From positions 1 through 34,790 of the forward strand of contig JANNYO010000605.1 of NCBI GenBank assembly GCA_031410115.1: DNA of 34,790 nucleotides. The letters run 5' to 3'. The position numbers were made by a program, and so were the translations under genes. The DNA comes from Rhodanobacteraceae bacterium. Lineage in GTDB: Bacteria > Pseudomonadota > Gammaproteobacteria > Xanthomonadales > SZUA-5. Shown piece by piece: positions 34,701 through 34,790 of the stretch (the stretch's first letter is position 1; each line of letters starts with the position of its first letter). The notes beneath the pieces were generated by a model. It searched no databases. It had not been told where the DNA came from and worked only from the letters and a program-made list of their open reading frames with translations.

Positions 34701-34790
34701 GCGATAATCGCGCCGCTCGCGCACCAATTTGACCGAAACATTCGCGGCGCTCGCGCTGCCATCACTGCTGACGCGCATGACTTCAAAAGC
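31782..34790 (-). CDS. Bacterial alpha-2-macroglobulin family protein (YfhM/ECAM-like). Only the C-terminal 1000 aa or so are present; the N-terminus lies beyond the window.
   Basis: Thioester motif YPYGCIEQ (CIEQ encoded at 33195-33206, minus strand), followed by an alpha/alpha-toroid-like thioester domain and Ig-like MG domains. The frame stays open to base 34790. Confidence 0.9.
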   Translation of the reverse strand, partial: AFEVMRVSSDGSASAANVSVKLVRERRDYRWSYKSGLGWVSDYTESVSDAGTRDLALNGKTAGRVEFPVEWGNYRLEITDPQTKLVTRYPFYAGWSWGSDNTGPDARPDKVKLALDKSAYRVGDTVKLTVTPPEAGVGLLLVESDKLLSTQEFSAGKASTIELKITPEMDRHDIYISAMVFKPGDNSNHITPKRAVGMIHLPMDRAERQLVVSLTAPAKMLPAKALSVAVSVPDLKGQTAFVTVHAVDQGITNITNFTVPDPFKHFFAQRAYAIDLFDVYGRIIESLPGALAKLRFGGDGMLGALPQANRSTAKVQTVDLFSGAVALDAKGNATVPLDVPDFNGSLKVSAVVFADSRYGFAQSETIVRAPVVVEVSMPRVFAPGDSGKLTIDVQNFTDKAGEFALKLLSSDGLKFATNQALVTLADQEKKTLTFDVVATAAIGVAKYSIGVAGNDAKFERKFESVVRPAWSETRRVRFETVANASAIDLNVATADFYPSTVRSRVSLSARAPIPVADAVKGLFEYPYGCIEQTTSKLMPYLTLDDAALAKLGLPASTVKKRAENVSFGLGRIASMQAESGHFNYWPTAEYAEPTLTPFVADVLIDAQTQGYAMPPQLLQKALERLKESLLSGGEINYDRVYQDNSDHLRLSYNAYAGYVLARVNQAPLGSLRSIYDSQASKALSPLPLVRLGLALKAAGDSKRGDAAIALAFGGKWAMQKDRWLGDYGSELHDHALTLALAIEAKAAPSDSDQRLLDLTYLVRENPYMSTQERVALVRLAKALSLGSAQLEGAFELAGKATPFSTGGIFAANLTLADLNAGAKLTTQSAGPLYLLQQTVGIARTPPQPGSDQFTVARKYFNMDGSAFSGDSVREGDRLIAGLTIQSKIWANDVLLVDLLPGGFEAENLNLLPPEQLSGLKAGELSVSDVRAQTSVRFEEFRDDRYVLALPLSEGETRYFYVVRAVSPGSFVVPPTQLEDMYRPSLTTVGVSIPARVTVLAGQ

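Overview
This is a chromosomal segment of a Gram-negative proteobacterium with moderately high GC. My guess is beta- or gammaproteobacterial, but I could not verify that. All calls rest on motif recognition in the supplied ORF translations plus my own reading of the DNA; no homology search was run.

Gene content, left to right:
- A tightly coupled RND efflux operon (adaptor, pump, outer-membrane factor) with a fourth, translationally coupled lipoprotein gene.
- An orphan rtcA (RNA 3'-phosphate cyclase) behind a sigma54-type -24/-12 motif. No rtcB or rtcR is in view.
- A minus-strand AbrB-like / ECF-sigma / Ser-Thr kinase-TPR operon.
- An AT-rich islet, divergent from that operon, encoding two secreted proteins. 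One has a phage-type tail-fibre intramolecular-chaperone (Peptidase_S74-like) C-terminus.
- A minus-strand run of four genes: kinase-FGE fusion, double-FHA tail-anchored protein, AcuI/YhdH reductase and an RnfB-like ferredoxin.
- cysK, divergent from clpS-clpA, followed by a GST.
- An AT-richer outer-membrane beta-barrel gene with an extreme poly-acidic segment.
- A small Ala-rich protein and a membrane-anchored octaheme cytochrome c.
- A DUF2461 gene.
- An alpha-2-macroglobulin / PbpC pair split by a COG1373-type ATPase gene.

No rRNA, tRNA, CRISPR array, transposase or integrase was seen.

The most notable non-genic signal is a small family of GTCTCGCC-loop-GGCGA(C/A)AC hairpin elements:
- One copy appears to sit in frame inside rtcA.
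- A near-identical inverted copy lies 20 kb away in an intergenic 5' region.
- Two tandem copies act as terminator-like hairpins after cysK.

The best candidates for an undescribed system are:
- the sigma/kinase operon paired with the divergent secreted S74-fibre module;
- the kinase-FGE / FHA / AcuI / RnfB-like run.
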